NCBI GenBank assembly: GCA_036785375.1
Contig: JAWMAR010000003.1
Location: 14,384,001 to 14,448,000, forward strand
Direction: 5' to 3'
From: Leucoraja ocellata
Taxonomy: Eukaryota
Length of the DNA: 64,000 nucleotides
The notes below the pieces were generated by a model that saw only the letters and a program-made list of their open reading frames with translations, was not told the origin of the DNA and searched no databases. This document shows, in pieces, positions 11,160 to 24,744 of the stretch (positions within the stretch are counted from its first letter, which is position 1; the number at the start of each line of letters is the position of its first letter). Made by a program: the position numbers and the translations under genes.

Positions 11160-14100
11160 TACAGAAAGCACAACAGGTTTAATTCATACGTTATTCACAT
11201 TTTTTATATACAGCATATACAAAAATGAAGATTAGTCTATCTTAACTACCAAGGAGCCAGGTGGCAGACCTTATAACGCAAAAAATGGTCCATCAACTAC
11301 CCATGGAAATGTCAGAGCTTTCTCTAGTGGTTTTGCGGTTAATTTCATAACAATTCTAATTGAAACTCAAATGTTGTTTCACCAAGACTCCTGCTATTCG
11401 AGCTAATACTAGAGCACAATCTCATAAAGTGACCTCCTTAACACGGCAAATAAATAGCTGCCATGGAAACCAGGGCTGTGCTGAAAGATGATAGTAAACT
11501 CACCACTGGCTGTGTACAGTGCCCTCCATAATGTTTGGGACAAAGACCCATCATTTATTTATTTGCCTCTCTACTTCACAACTTGCGATTTGTAATTTTA
11601 AAAAATCACATGTGGTTAAAGTGCAAATTGTCAGATTTTATTAAATGTATTACATTTTTATACATTTTGGTTTCACCATGTAGAAATGCATACATTTCAG
11701 TGCACCATAATGTTTGGGACACATGGCTTCACAGGCATTTGTAGTTGCTCAGGTGTGTTTAATTGCCTCCTTAATGCAGGTACAAGACCTAGTCTTTCCA
11801 TCACCATTGGAAACTTTCATTGCTGTTTAAAGTTGTGCCAATGAAAGTCAAAGAAGCCATTATGAGACTGAGAAACAAGAATAAAACTGTTAGAGACATC
11901 AGCCCAACCTTAGGCTTACCAAAATCAACTGTTTGGAACATAATTGAGAAGAAAGAGAGCACTGGTGAGTTTACTAATCGCAAAGGGACTGGCAGGCCAA
12001 GGAAGACCTCCACAGTTGATGACAGAAGAATTCTCTCTCTAATAAAGAAAAATCCCCAAACACCTATCCAACAGATCAGAAACGCTCTTCAGGAGTCAGG
12101 TACGGATTTATCAATGATCACTGTCCACAGAAGACTACATGAACAGAAATACAGAGGCATGATGCAAGCCACTGGTTAGCCACAAAACTAGAATGGCCAG
12201 GTTACAGTTTGCAAAAAGTACTTAAAAGGGCAACCACAGTTCTGGAAAAAGGTCTTGTGGACAGATGAGACGAAGTTTAACATATCAGAGCAAGAGCAAC
12301 ATATAGACAAGAGAAGTAACTGCCCAAGATCCAAGGCATTCCACCTCATCTGTGAAACACAGTGGTGGGGGTGTTATGGCCTGGGCATGTATGGCTGCTG
12401 AAGATACTGGCTCTCTTATCTTCATTGATGATACAACTGCTGATGGTAGTAGCATAATGAATTCTGAAATATATAGACACATCCTATCTGTTCAAGTTCA
12501 AACAAATGTCTCAAAACTCATTGGCCGTCGGTTCATTCTATAGCAAGACAATGATCCCAAACGTACTGCTAAAGCACCAAAGAAGTTTTTCAAAGCTAAA
12601 AAATGGTCAGTTCGAGTGGCCAAATCAATCACCAGATCTGAACCCAATTGAGCATGCCTTTTATATGCTGAAGAGAAAACTTAATGGTACTAGCCCCCAA
12701 ACAAAGCATAAGCTAAAGATGGTTGTAATAAATCCCTGGCAGAGCATCACCAGAGAAGACCCCCAGAAACTGGTGATGTCCATGAATCACAGACTTCAAG
12801 CAGTCATTGCATGCAAAGGACATGCAGCAAAATACTGAACATGACTATTTCATTTACATGACATTATGGTGTCCTGAAATGTGGGGGACTATGTACAAAC
12901 ACTGCTGTAATTTCCATATGGTGAAACCAAAATGTATACAAATACCCTTTACTAAAATCTGACAATGTGCACTTTAACCACATGTGATGTTTTTCTAGTA
13001 CAAATCTCAAATTGTGGAGTACAGAGACAAATAAATAAATGATGGGTCTTTGTCCCAAACATTATGCAGGTCACTGTAGATGGTATAGTAAGCAGACCCC
13101 AAATTATCTAAATATGGCCAACATGATCTTTCCTGATGATGAATCTTTTTGCAGCTTTCAAAAGGTGTTACATTCCACAAAGCAATTAAAAAACTAGAAA
13201 GCAAAGAACGTTACGAAGTACACCTTATCAATGTCAGGTTGAAAATACAGATGTATTGGCAGGTATAAAAGGACTGCCCAAACTAATCGTATAAAATAAT
13301 CAAAATATTAAAGATTAAACATTGAAATATGAACTAGAATAATTTAAGTTCAATGATCTTTTAGTATACATTTAAAAAATGATGACTGCACAGCCCTAAT
13401 GAAAACACCTTTTATCTCTTCAATGCTAAGGACATCACATCCAAAGGCATCAAGATAAATATATCCCAATTGTTCCAAATCCAAAAGCCATTCTGTTTAT
13501 ACAAAATACTGACTTATAGGATCACTAAAATACAATCACAATCTTATCTTTCAGAAACTGAATATACAAAGCACGTTTCAAAATATTTCCAGAGGCAAAG
13601 AATACAAATAACTATTAATTATACATATGGTTGCAATTCTGCCTGCAAAACGTCATCAGGAAATGTACATAAGGCCTCCAGTAAAATGTACATCTATATG
13701 TAGTGTTACAACCGAATGTTCAAATAAAAAATTGACAATATCATACATATTTCCACTTATTAAGGTAGACAATTCCAAAATACAGTACTCTTCTGTACAA
13801 AAAGGATTTCACTTTTGAGATGGAAAGCTAGTTTCATTTCCATGGTAACCAGATGTCTCAGTCTAATCCTTTCAATTCTGACTATGCACAACTTTCACTT
13901 AGACAATGAAACATTACGATTGTAAATTTTTCAAAAATCACCATATGAACAGAATCTCAATAGCTACAATTATAAACAAAACGTACTGTCCTAAGAGATA
14001 AAAAGCTAGTTCATTTTTTAAGCCATATAAAGAGACAATTTTTAAAAAATCACTTGATTTAAAGAAATTTACATTATACAACACTGCGAGGGAAGGGGAG

Positions 14101-15336
14101 CGTTAGTGAATGTACATTAAGATGCAAACTTTGTTTTCTAAAGGGTAAAAGACATCTTAACATTTACAGCATCAGGTTTACAAATGTACAATTTTACAAC
14201 CAAACTATGCATTACTATCAAGTTAGCCAAGCTTCAGATTAAACATTGAAACTGCAGATTATCGTTTGTTTTGAAATAGTAAACTTACACCTATAAATTG
14301 CAAGTCTACACATATACATTATGCATTTGGAAGCAAAATCAGTTTCATTCTTTTTACATATGTTAAGTTGGGTAACCAAGACCAACCTTTAAGACCCCCT
14401 AATTTGCATATCTGCCCAAAATTTCTAATTGTTTACGTTGAAAAAGTAAAAATAAAACTGCCACACATTCGTAAACCTCATATTAGTTATTCAAAAATAC
14501 AAATTCCCTCAAATCTTTGCAAAATAGACTGAAAAGCCAAATTTTGTTTAGAAAAAAATCAACTTTTCAGACAATTGTATATTTAGGTAATGTGTTTCAT
14601 AATGATTCTTTACTGCCACCTTGCCCAATGGTTAAATACATATGTATATACATCACTTCTATACATTGTTGAAATAGAAAAGCAGGGCAGTGTTTATCTC
14701 AAAAAATAAAACCTATTGAGTATTGACATCTCTATAGTAAACATCAGGAGTAACATTACATATCAGCCAGTCACTTATGCACTTCCCTGAATTACATCAA
14801 ATTTCAACATACCATTTGAGGTGCTATTTAAATATTGGTGTCAACAAGGATCTTGCTGAAGAACAATTCAACTTTAAACTATTTTCATAATTTGATGAAT
14901 GTAGTATTTTAATCAGCATTTTCTATAAGATTAAACTAATCTACTGGGCCTGAGAATGTACTAAAGAAAGTATCCAAAACTACCAGAATTTAAAGTGGTT
15001 AATCTAAAAGTCAAATTCTTATAAAATAAAGGGAAATTATTTTATGAGATATAAATTACAACATTCACAATTTAGTTTAATACAATTATTTTAAGTTTAT
15101 ATATTCTGCATTTTACCCAGGTCTTCCCATAATGTGCCAGCAAGAAGAAACAAAATGCACACCGACTTGGAACTGGGCTGTGAGTTGCAATTAATTGGTA
15201 AAATATACAATTTACAATTAATAGAAATAATTTATAAAATGCAACAATAAAATGTTAATTTGTCTTTCTATCATTTAGTTTGGTGCACACAATATTTAAG
15301 TAGCACAGGTTCCAATATTTCTTGTGTAAATCAACT
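11160..15336 (-). other. PUM2: Putative PUM2 3' UTR (distal end uncertain; Tc1 inside)
   Basis: Long AT-rich stretch after the stop with no recognisable repeats except the Tc1; many TGTA cores; candidate ATTAAA at 11178-11183 followed by GT-rich sequence on the minus strand. Confidence 0.5.
11517..13076 (+). mobile_element. Tc1-like transposon, near full length, frameshifted transposase
   Basis: TA|cagtgccctccataatgtttgggacaaag...attatgcaggtcactg|TA; ~200-bp IR/DR TIRs; GRPRKT, WTDE, KHSGGGVMAWAC, WPNQSPDLNPIEH. Confidence 0.95.
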
Positions 15337-15468
15337 TTACATTATTCCATTTTGTGGTCCACCAATTGGCCCCAGATCAGTGTTATTCTTCATATAATAC
15401 TTTTCCAGTTTGGCTAAAATGTGTTTTCCATAAGTGTATTTCCGTAAGGTTGTAATATGAGGACGAAT
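15337..15468 (-). CDS. PUM2: PUM2 terminal coding exon with TAA stop
   Basis: cag|ATT CGT CCT...; [43 protein letters not shown]; ITTL and PIGG are PUM2-type. Confidence 0.97.
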   Translation of the reverse strand: MRPHITTLRKYTYGKHILAKLEKYYMKNNTDLGPIGGPQNGIM

Positions 15469-16009
15469 CTGCATGCAAAAAAAAAACATTTTCAGAAACA
15501 TCTTTTAACGCGATTCATTCAATTGATAGCAACAATTTACTTCAAAGGTTATGTCCACTATAGGTTGGTGTCCATATTTGCTCCTTTCATTCATTTTGTC
15601 CAAATATTTGAGTTGCAATTTTAAAGTTGTAAAATACCCATTTTAATTTACCAAAAATTTAAGAATAGATTCATAGACAACACAGAAACAGGCACAAGTC
15701 ACCTAAGCCAACTAAGGGGCCTGAGCCAGTCCCATTTGCCTGTACTGGGCTCATATGTCCCATAGTGCAAACAAATAATGGTTTGGTTTCTGAAGATCTT
15801 CTGGGATAAAGTAGCCTTTCAATTTTATTGGAAAGGTATCATCTTAAGTTGTAATTATACTTTAAAATGTATCCTGACACATTGTATTAATTATTTTGCT
15901 AATTGACATTGATAAAGACAGTCATGGAGCATTACATTGGGACATATGGCCCATTGAGCCTGTGTTTTTTTTATCAAGCACCTATTTACATTCATTTTAA
16001 ACTACTCCT

Positions 16010-16275
16010 GATTTATTCTCCCCACAGTCACATGGAGAGTACACGCAAACTCCTCTGAACATGGGGAAAATGTGCAAACCCCATCAGTGCATGGGGAGAA
16101 CACACAAACTAAACATGCACACAGGAAGAATATTGGAACACACGCACACAGGGAGAACATTGGAAGAAAGCACAAATTCCACCTGTCCACAGCTGGAATA
16201 TGCACGTTTCACCCATGCATGGGGAGAACTTGCTACCTCCACCGGCCCACTGGAAGAACATGCAAACTCAACAAA
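16010..16275 (-). repeat. Degenerate tandem array of a SINE-internal motif
   Basis: Repeated (g)gggagaaca..caaactcca units resembling the reverse complement of the V-SINE core at 30.9 kb. Confidence 0.5.
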
Positions 16276-16669
16276 CACAGCAGGATCAGGATTAAATCAA
16301 TGTTTCTAGGGTTACATATGTAGGAAGGAACAGCAGATGCTGGTTTAAACCAAAGATAGACAAAAAAAGCTGGAATAATTCAATGGGATAGGCAGCATCG
16401 CTGGAGACAAGGAATACAAAGGACATTTATTATCACATACACCAAATGGTGTAGTGAAATTTGACTTGCCAATGCAGCTCACGAATAAAGATAAGACACA
16501 ACATTAAATAATTTAACAACATAAAAACATCCCCCCACAATGGTTCCCACTGTGGGGGAAGGCAGCAAAGTCCAGTCCGATCCCCTGTTCACCCATAGTC
16601 GGGCATATTGTGGCCTCCGCAGCAAGTCCGATGTTTTCAGGCTGTCTTGCCAGAAAGCTGGAACTTCAG

Positions 16670-17018
16670 CATCGGGTGAACACTCCTCAGTTGCTTGGAA
16701 ATGTCTGGAGCGGCTGCTTCCTCCCCGGAGACCGCGGCAACCGTAATCCTCAGGCCGCACTGGCTGGAACTCCGACTCTGGCGATCTCGGATCCCAGGCT
16801 CTGTGGTGTTTTAAATCCAGCCAGTGGAAAGAGAGAACCCGGGGGGGGGGGGGGGGCCACGGGTGCGCTGCATTTAAAACACCGCAGAGCCTGGGATCCG
16901 AGATCGCCAGAGTCGGAGTTCCAGCCAGCGCGGCCTGAGGATTACGGTTGCCGCGGTCTCCGGGGAGGAAGCGGCCGCTCCAGACATTTCCAAACCACTG
17001 AGGAGTGTTCACCCGACG
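16670..17018. repeat. Long GC-rich inverted repeat (~147-bp arms)
   Basis: 16670-16817 is the near-perfect reverse complement of 16872-17018; the spacer contains a poly-G run. Confidence 0.95.
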
Positions 17019-17364
17019 CCGCAGTCTTCAGCGATGATCTTTGGTCTTCAGTCGACAGCCAGACCTTTTTAAATATGGGGGGGGAGGGAGGTGACGTCAG
17101 TCACAGCGTGAGCAGACGGCAGATCCATTATCACGTCATCAGCGGAAAAAAACAGCCGTTTTGAATTCAAAATTGGATTGGATGTCAACATTTTTATTAA
17201 TAACTCAAGAAATAAAGCATGAAATTTACAGGTAAGCTGATTTCTGAATCCACGGGATAAAACTCTACAGGAATATGTTAAACTTTTACCATTAGAGCAT
17301 CGTTTTTTTCGAGCAGATGTGATTATACAAACACAAACATCCAAGATCAGAGTTTTAATAGTTG

Positions 17365-18160
17365 CTAGACCAAGTGCAGACCCATTGGGTCTGTTCCCGC
17401 AACGCATGGTTGCGAGGGGAGGGGGCGGCCTGAGGCGTCACACACACACTAACCAACCTCTCACACACAGTAACCACCCCCATCGATATATTAAGAAAGT
17501 AGGGAGGAGGGGGGTAGGGCCGCCCAGCAGTCGTCGGCCTCAGAGTGAGCGTGAGCTCCATGGCCTCGCATCGTCGGCGCTTCAGACCCAGAGTATGGGG
17601 GGGGGGGTGAAGGGTGGAGTGGGCGGACGGGCGTGATCCCGAGTGAGCCTGCTGGCCGCCAGCGAGGACGGCGGAAAGCAGCAGGGGGGGGGGCAGCCGA
17701 TCTGTGCCTTCCGCCAGCGTGTACGGGAAGGGTGGAGTGGGTGGGCGGGCGTGATGCCGAGTGAGCCTGCGGGCCGCCAGCAAGGATGGCGAAAAGCAGC
17801 TGGGGACTAGCCGATGTTTGGCTTCAGCCAGCGTGTCAGAGCCAGGCCGGGGGGGGGGGGGGGGGGGGGAGAGTGGAGGAGAGTTGGGAGGCAGCAGCCG
17901 TTATGGTCGCGCGGGAGACGCGATGAGAAGGTGGTCAGCAGGAAGCGACAAAATGAGTAAGTGGGAGGGGGGGGGGAGATTTTATTAAAAAGGTGTACAG
18001 AAAAATGACTACATTTAATGAGGATCAGTGAATGTAAAAGTAAAATCGCCAGCGAAATGGTAAAAATCTCGGCGTTTTTGCGACTGGTTTTGGCAGAGTA
18101 ACGAATCAAAGGCAAAAATAATGACACGCGCCCACACACACAGTTTTAATAGTATATAGA
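17365..18160 (-). mobile_element. Non-autonomous Helitron
   Basis: Minus strand: A|TCTATATACTATTAAAAC 5' end; 3' hairpin cagacccaatgggtctg then cacttggtCTAG. Confidence 0.75.
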
Positions 18161-18235
18161 TGTTTCTTAGATCACTGAATTGTACATCAAATATTAATCA
18201 ATACTTGAATTATCAAAGGAATCAATAAAATTTAC

Positions 18236-18428
18236 CTTGTGCATGATAATTTTACGCTGTGCTGGTTCTGCTACGTCAATCATCTTCTGAACCACATAGT
18301 TAGCATATTGATCTTTCATCATTGTGTATAAGGCACTGTGAGGGCCATCATTCTGACAGCAGATCTCATCAATCAATAAAGCACGCTCAGCACGGGAAGC
18401 ATGGGTGACACACTTTTCAACAACATTG
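18236..18428 (-). CDS. PUM2: PUM2 coding exon (193 nt; PUF repeats 7-8)
   Basis: [64 protein letters not shown]; cag/gtaaat. Confidence 0.97.
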
Positions 18429-18618
18429 CTGGAAAAAAGTCATTAAATCTAATTTATTGGTCAAACAAAAGATCCTTGTTCAAATTTTGTTGTGCACAAT
18501 AGCAGTGAGAGGGACTATTAATTAAAGACAATAGATTGTAGAATTTCGGATGTTCTAACAAAATTTGGGAATATATTCGTCTAGTGCTACTATTAATTAG
18601 TATGGATGTATACATTCA

Positions 18619-18762
<144 letters not shown>

Positions 18763-19559
18763 CTAATTAAACAAACAATAAAGAATGTTACAAATCAATT
18801 CAGTGAATCCTCGTAGTCATAAAAGGCATTTTAAAAACAATGTTTTCTGGACCACTACTCACGTACACACCATTCAGTCACCAAATCTCAATTATTAAAT
18901 AATGGACAATCAATCAATAATTAAACACAAGTATTTTGTTAGATGGGGTTGTTGAATTTTGGTTCGCTCTAATACTGAGTGTATAGGATACTGGAAATCA
19001 CCACAAACAAAAGTAAAGATTACCAGCTTAAAGAATTAGGTCTACTTCCTTTACAACTGCATAGACAAGTGGTAAACAACATTAGAAAATGGTCAAAGAA
19101 AGACACAAAATGCTGGAGAAACTCAGTGGGTCAGGCAGCACCAGTCAGGCTCCTGGAGAAAAGGAATCAGTGATGTTTTGGGTCGAGATCCTTTTTCAGA
19201 CTTAGAGGTGTATAAAATCATTAGAGGATTAGACAGGGTGGTATAATAACAACATTTAAAATACATTTGGATAGGAAAGGTTTAGAGTGATATGGGCCAA
19301 ACAATGGGATAAGCTTAAATGGGACAACTTAAGTCAGCATGGATGAGTTGGGCCGAAATTAACTGCAATTTTATAATGGATTGAATACATTTATGCTCAA
19401 CATACTGAATAATAAAGTAACATCTGAACAAAGTCACTCAATGGAATGAGTGGCAAATCTGAAATCAAAACCATGGTAATGATCCAGAAGTTAAAACAAA
19501 GAATGTTTTGTTGGGCAAATCCACAGCCATGTCAATATGAGGGGGCGTAGAATAAATTA

Positions 19560-19757
<198 letters not shown>

Positions 19758-21236
19758 TCAGACTTTTCTTCACCATGAATCTTGCTTCCTTTGAAGCTAA
19801 CAAAAATAGATATTTTCTTTAGTGAAAATATTTTTAAGGTTACAGGGGCTAAAAAATACCATTCAGGAAACTTATTTCAAAAAGACATGGTTGATGAGAT
19901 GCACCTATTTCAGAAAACTCTTAGACCCATTTTCAATATGTCCAAGCACTGTTATCCAAGTTGCTGAATAATTCTGTATCTGATAATAAATGATGTCCTC
20001 ACTACAATCAATAAGCAAGAATTTGTCAATTCTTATTACTTTCCAATTATCTGTGTTTGTAACCGAGATAGAGATTTGTAATATCAAATCCCAAACTTGG
20101 CATTTATTTATCAATATATCTCCAATATGAATGAGGCGTTCGTCTTTATCAGATGGAAAAATGTGAGATAAGTATGATAACAAATGCCCATGAGTGAAGC
20201 TACTGCCATAATAAAGTTACAGCAGTTGCCCCCCATTTATCTCAGGTAAGTGATTTTGGATAAGTTTTCAACTCATCTGGATGCGTTTAGTTGCAAAGTT
20301 TTGGCGCAGCAAACCAGAAAAATAAAACATCAGACATTGGCAATATGAAATTTAAAAAATGGGATATGGGCATCTTCGGAGGGAGAAACACAGGATTAAT
20401 TCTTAGAGGTGATTGGCTTTTCATCTGTGTTATTTAATCTGGTTTCAGAGGGATGGATGACTCACCTGAAATCAAATTACCTGACCGATCACTTGAGAAT
20501 AATGGAATTCTCACCTTACATTGTTGGGGTATGAGTGACTAAACACTGAGCTCACTTTCATTGGTGGTAAAGTGTTTTGACTACTTATTTCAACAAATAT
20601 AATCTTTGTTTATAATTCTGGTGACCTCAAATTTATTGAACCTTGCCATAAGGTATGTAAATTGTTCTTCTACTGAAGCTGTCGTAATATTACTGTAATA
20701 ATTGACATTACATATCATTGATATAGCAATGTTGTATTACTGTCTCTTCTAATTTATTTTTAGCCGACACTTCACACTCAATGATGTTTGATCTTTACAC
20801 AAAAGGCAAATTTGATTTTTTATTTATCGGGCCATAGATAAAGACAAAGTACATACAAGATCCTCAAAAGTGCAAAGTCTATAGTCACAATCTTCCAATC
20901 CACCATGGATATGAGGATTGGTGTCAGAGGAGTGGAGGACTGAAATTGTTGCAACACTACTTTAAAAAAAAAGGGAAGCTAAACATGACAACTATATGGC
21001 AGCACATTTCATGCCAGAAAATCCTCAGTTACAAGAAAGCAGAAGAAAATTAAATGATATTTGGAAAAGTATAGGCTAACAAATACATTTGTAATATGGA
21101 CTGGAAATTTGATATATTTCACATAATACATATTTGCAAACTTAGAAGTATGCAATTAAGAAAATGATGGCAGCATGCACACAATATTAGTTAATGGACA
21201 GAATCAGAAAATAGTTTCCCAGACCTCAAGGAAGGT

Positions 21237-22400
21237 AGACAATAGACAATACGTGCAGAAGTAGGGCATTCGGCCCTTCGAGCCAGCACCGCCATTCAAT
21301 GTGATCATGGCTGATCATCCCCAATCAGTACCCCGTTGCTGCCATATCCCCATATCCCCTGACCGCTATTTTTAAGAGCCCTATCTAGCTCTCTCTTGGA
21401 AGCATCCAGAGAACCTGCCTCCACCGCCCTCTGAGGCAGAGAATTCCACAGACTCACCACTCTCTGTGAGAAAATGTGTTTCTTCGTCTTCGTTCTAAAT
21501 GGCTTACTCCTTATTCTTGAACTGTCGCCCCTGGTTCTGGACTCCCCCAACATCGGGAACACGTTTCCTGCCTCTAGCATTTTCAAACCCTTAACAATCT
21601 TATATGTTTCAATGAGATGCCCTCTCATCCTTCTAAACTCCAGAGTGTACAAGCCCAGCTTCTCCATTCTCTCAGCATATGACAGTCCCGCCATCCCGGG
21701 AATTAACCTTGTAAACCTACGCTGCACTCCCTCAATAGCAAGAATGTCCTTCCTCAAATTAGGGGACCAAAACTGCACACAATACTGCAGGTGTGGTCTC
21801 ACTAAGGCTCTGTACAACTGCAGAAGGACCTCTTTGCTCCTATATTCGATTCCTCGTGTTATAAAGGCCAACATGCCATTCGCATTCTTCACTGCCTGCT
21901 GTACTTGCATGCTTACTTTCATAGACTGATGTACAAGGACCCCCAGATCCCGTTGTACTTCCCCGTTTCCCAACTTGACGCCATTTAGATAGTAATCTGC
22001 CTTCCTGTTTTTGCTACCAAAGTGGATAACCTCACATTTATCCACATTAAACTTCATCTGCCATGCATCTGCCCACTCCCCCAACCTGTCCAAGTCACCT
22101 TGCATTCTCATAGCATCCTACTCACAGTTCACACTGCCACCCAGCTTTGTGTCATTTGCAAATTTGCTAATGTTACTTTGAATTCCTTCACCCAAATCAT
22201 TGGTGTATATTGTAAATAGCTGCGGTCCCAGCACCGAGCCTTGCGGTACCCCACTAGTCACTGCCTGCCATTCTGAAAGGGACCCGTTAATGCCTACTCT
22301 TTGTTTCCTGTCTGCCAACCACTTCTCTATCCATGTCAGCACTCTACCCCCAATTCCATGTGCCCTAATTTTGCCCACTAATCTCCTATGTGGACCTTAT
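21237..22400 (-). mobile_element. CR1 LINE 3' fragment
   Basis: RT motifs [21 protein letters not shown]; long ORF2 C-terminal frame; (agacaat)n tail. Confidence 0.92.
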
Positions 22401-23862
22401 CAAATGATTATCCATGAGTCAACATTAGGATCAATGTTGATTTTGGTGTATAATTAACAAGCTTGCCTAGTACACAACCATAATTTCAGTCTCTAAACTA
22501 AACTAAACCTAAACGTTGAAGACAATGGCTTTCTGCTTAAATTGATGTTAATCTCCTTAGAACAGAGATTAAGTAAGGTTTGAAAGGGTTGCTCTAAACT
22601 TTGTGTTTATGGTGTTGATGAAGGAATTAAACAACATTATCTCGTAAAAGCAGATTCAATGACTGGTGAACATACTTAACATTATCGTAAATGAATCAAC
22701 TGTTCGCATGTAACATTTCTGCAATGAAGGAATGCGATCTGACATGTATTTACAAAAGTGGTGGTAGATTTAAGTGACTATCAAAAGAAAATGATAGGGG
22801 ACAACGATAGGGAATTGGAGTAACTGCATAGCTCTGTCAAAGAGGGACTAATTGAACCAAGTGCAGGGGATGCATAATCTCCTGAGCCCACAGCAACTAT
22901 GCATGAAGAAAATAGGTTTACCTTCAATAATTATTGTTTGGAAAATATATTTTTATAAAGAACTTGTATGGTTAGTTGGTAGACAAAAATGCTAGAGAAA
23001 CTCAGCGGGTGAGGCAGCATCTAAGGAGGGAAGGAAATAGTCGACGTTTCGGGTCGAGACACTTCTTCAGAAGTATGGTTAGTTTGTCTGTTTAACCCTT
23101 TGTGAATTTAAACAATGGCCTGGCCATTGTTTTATAACTTTCTAACTCACACACATCAAATCAACAGAATAAGCTGTCAACAGTTTATTCAGTTAAAAGC
23201 TCATGTGTGGTAATAGGTTAAGAAACAAATTATGGAATTATTTCAGAGTTAGATTCAGGTTCATTCAGAGAAAATATTCAAAATAAAACAACAACAAAAA
23301 ATTGGCTAATTATTCATAATCAATCACAATTGCAACCAAAATGTAGTCTGATAATCTAAAGTACATTTGGGTATATAAAAGATAAAAGTTCCATATAAGT
23401 GAATACCTGATAAAAGAATAGCTAATTCCAAAATAATTGGTACAGGCTACATTTTTTCTCAGATTGAAATACTGCAGATTTGTAAACTGTCAAATAACTT
23501 CTTTATTTAATAGTTTCGTTCAGCTGAGAAAATAACTTAACTCAATGTCAATTATCTGTACATAATTTGCCAGTTAAATAAATTAAACAAGGTCATCCAA
23601 GAATATCACACGTAGTAAGCACTGTACGATCAGAATATTGTAGCAATTTTACAAAAACATATTCCTGATGTGACTTTTCACATGTTGAAAACTTGTGAAC
23701 TTTCTCTCCTTGATTTACTGTACCCTTAAAATAAAAGAAAATTGCCATGTACTCATGGCATTTTGACAATCTTCTCAATTGGGTGAGGTTCCAAATTAGA
23801 ACCATCATTTTATAAATTTGACTCGTTTGAGTGGTAGCTTAATAAGCACTTCGATTGCATCA

Positions 23863-24114
<252 letters not shown>

Positions 24115-24183
24115 CTAGAGTATTAATATCTGTGCACCAATGATTATCCAAGTTTTAATTATAAAAAAGCTGTTCAAACTTAC

Positions 24184-24318
24184 AATTACCTGCTGGTCTG
24201 CGGAAATGGATTCTAAAGCCTTCTGAATAACACGACAACCATACATCTGTAGAGCCAAGGGTAAAACATGCCCTCGGATGCGCTGGGCTAAAGCTAGTTT
24301 CTGATCCAAACTTCCAAA
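24184..24318 (-). CDS. PUM2: PUM2 coding exon (129 or 135 nt; tandem donors +/- Val-Ile)
   Basis: [43 protein letters not shown][VI]; CAG|GTAATT|gtaagt. 'HVLPLAL' and 'ESIS' are PUM2-type rather than PUM1-type. Confidence 0.97.
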
Positions 24319-24744
24319 CTAAAAAATTCAAACAAATTCATAAATTTCATGTCAAGCGAGATGCAGATCGACCATCTGAAAGGCTGCAAAATGTGTGAGG
24401 GAGGGGGGGAGGAAAGGAAGGGTGACGGCAATGGAAGCCGGTAATTAAGTAATGGTATTCAACTATATAATTTAAACAAATATGTAAAGCAGTTTGGACC
24501 AAGTATTAACTGACCATTGGAGAGGCACAAAAACTACAGATGCTGGAATCTGTGGCAAAAAGGAACATCACGGGTCAAGTAGCATCTGTGAAGGGAATGG
24601 ACAGGTGACGTTTCAGGTTGGGACCCTTCTTCAAATTGTGGATGAGGGAGGAGGAAGCTGGAGAAAAAAATGTGGGGCAGGGCAAAGCCTGGCAGGTGAT
24701 AGGTAGATACAAGTGAGGGGGTGGCTGATTGGAAGATCTATATT

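Noticed and set aside
16479-18139. Many overlapping GC-rich ORFs (also 33095-33887 and 57591-58011)
   Set aside because: Open frames reflect high GC and palindromic repeat structure; no recognisable protein similarity.
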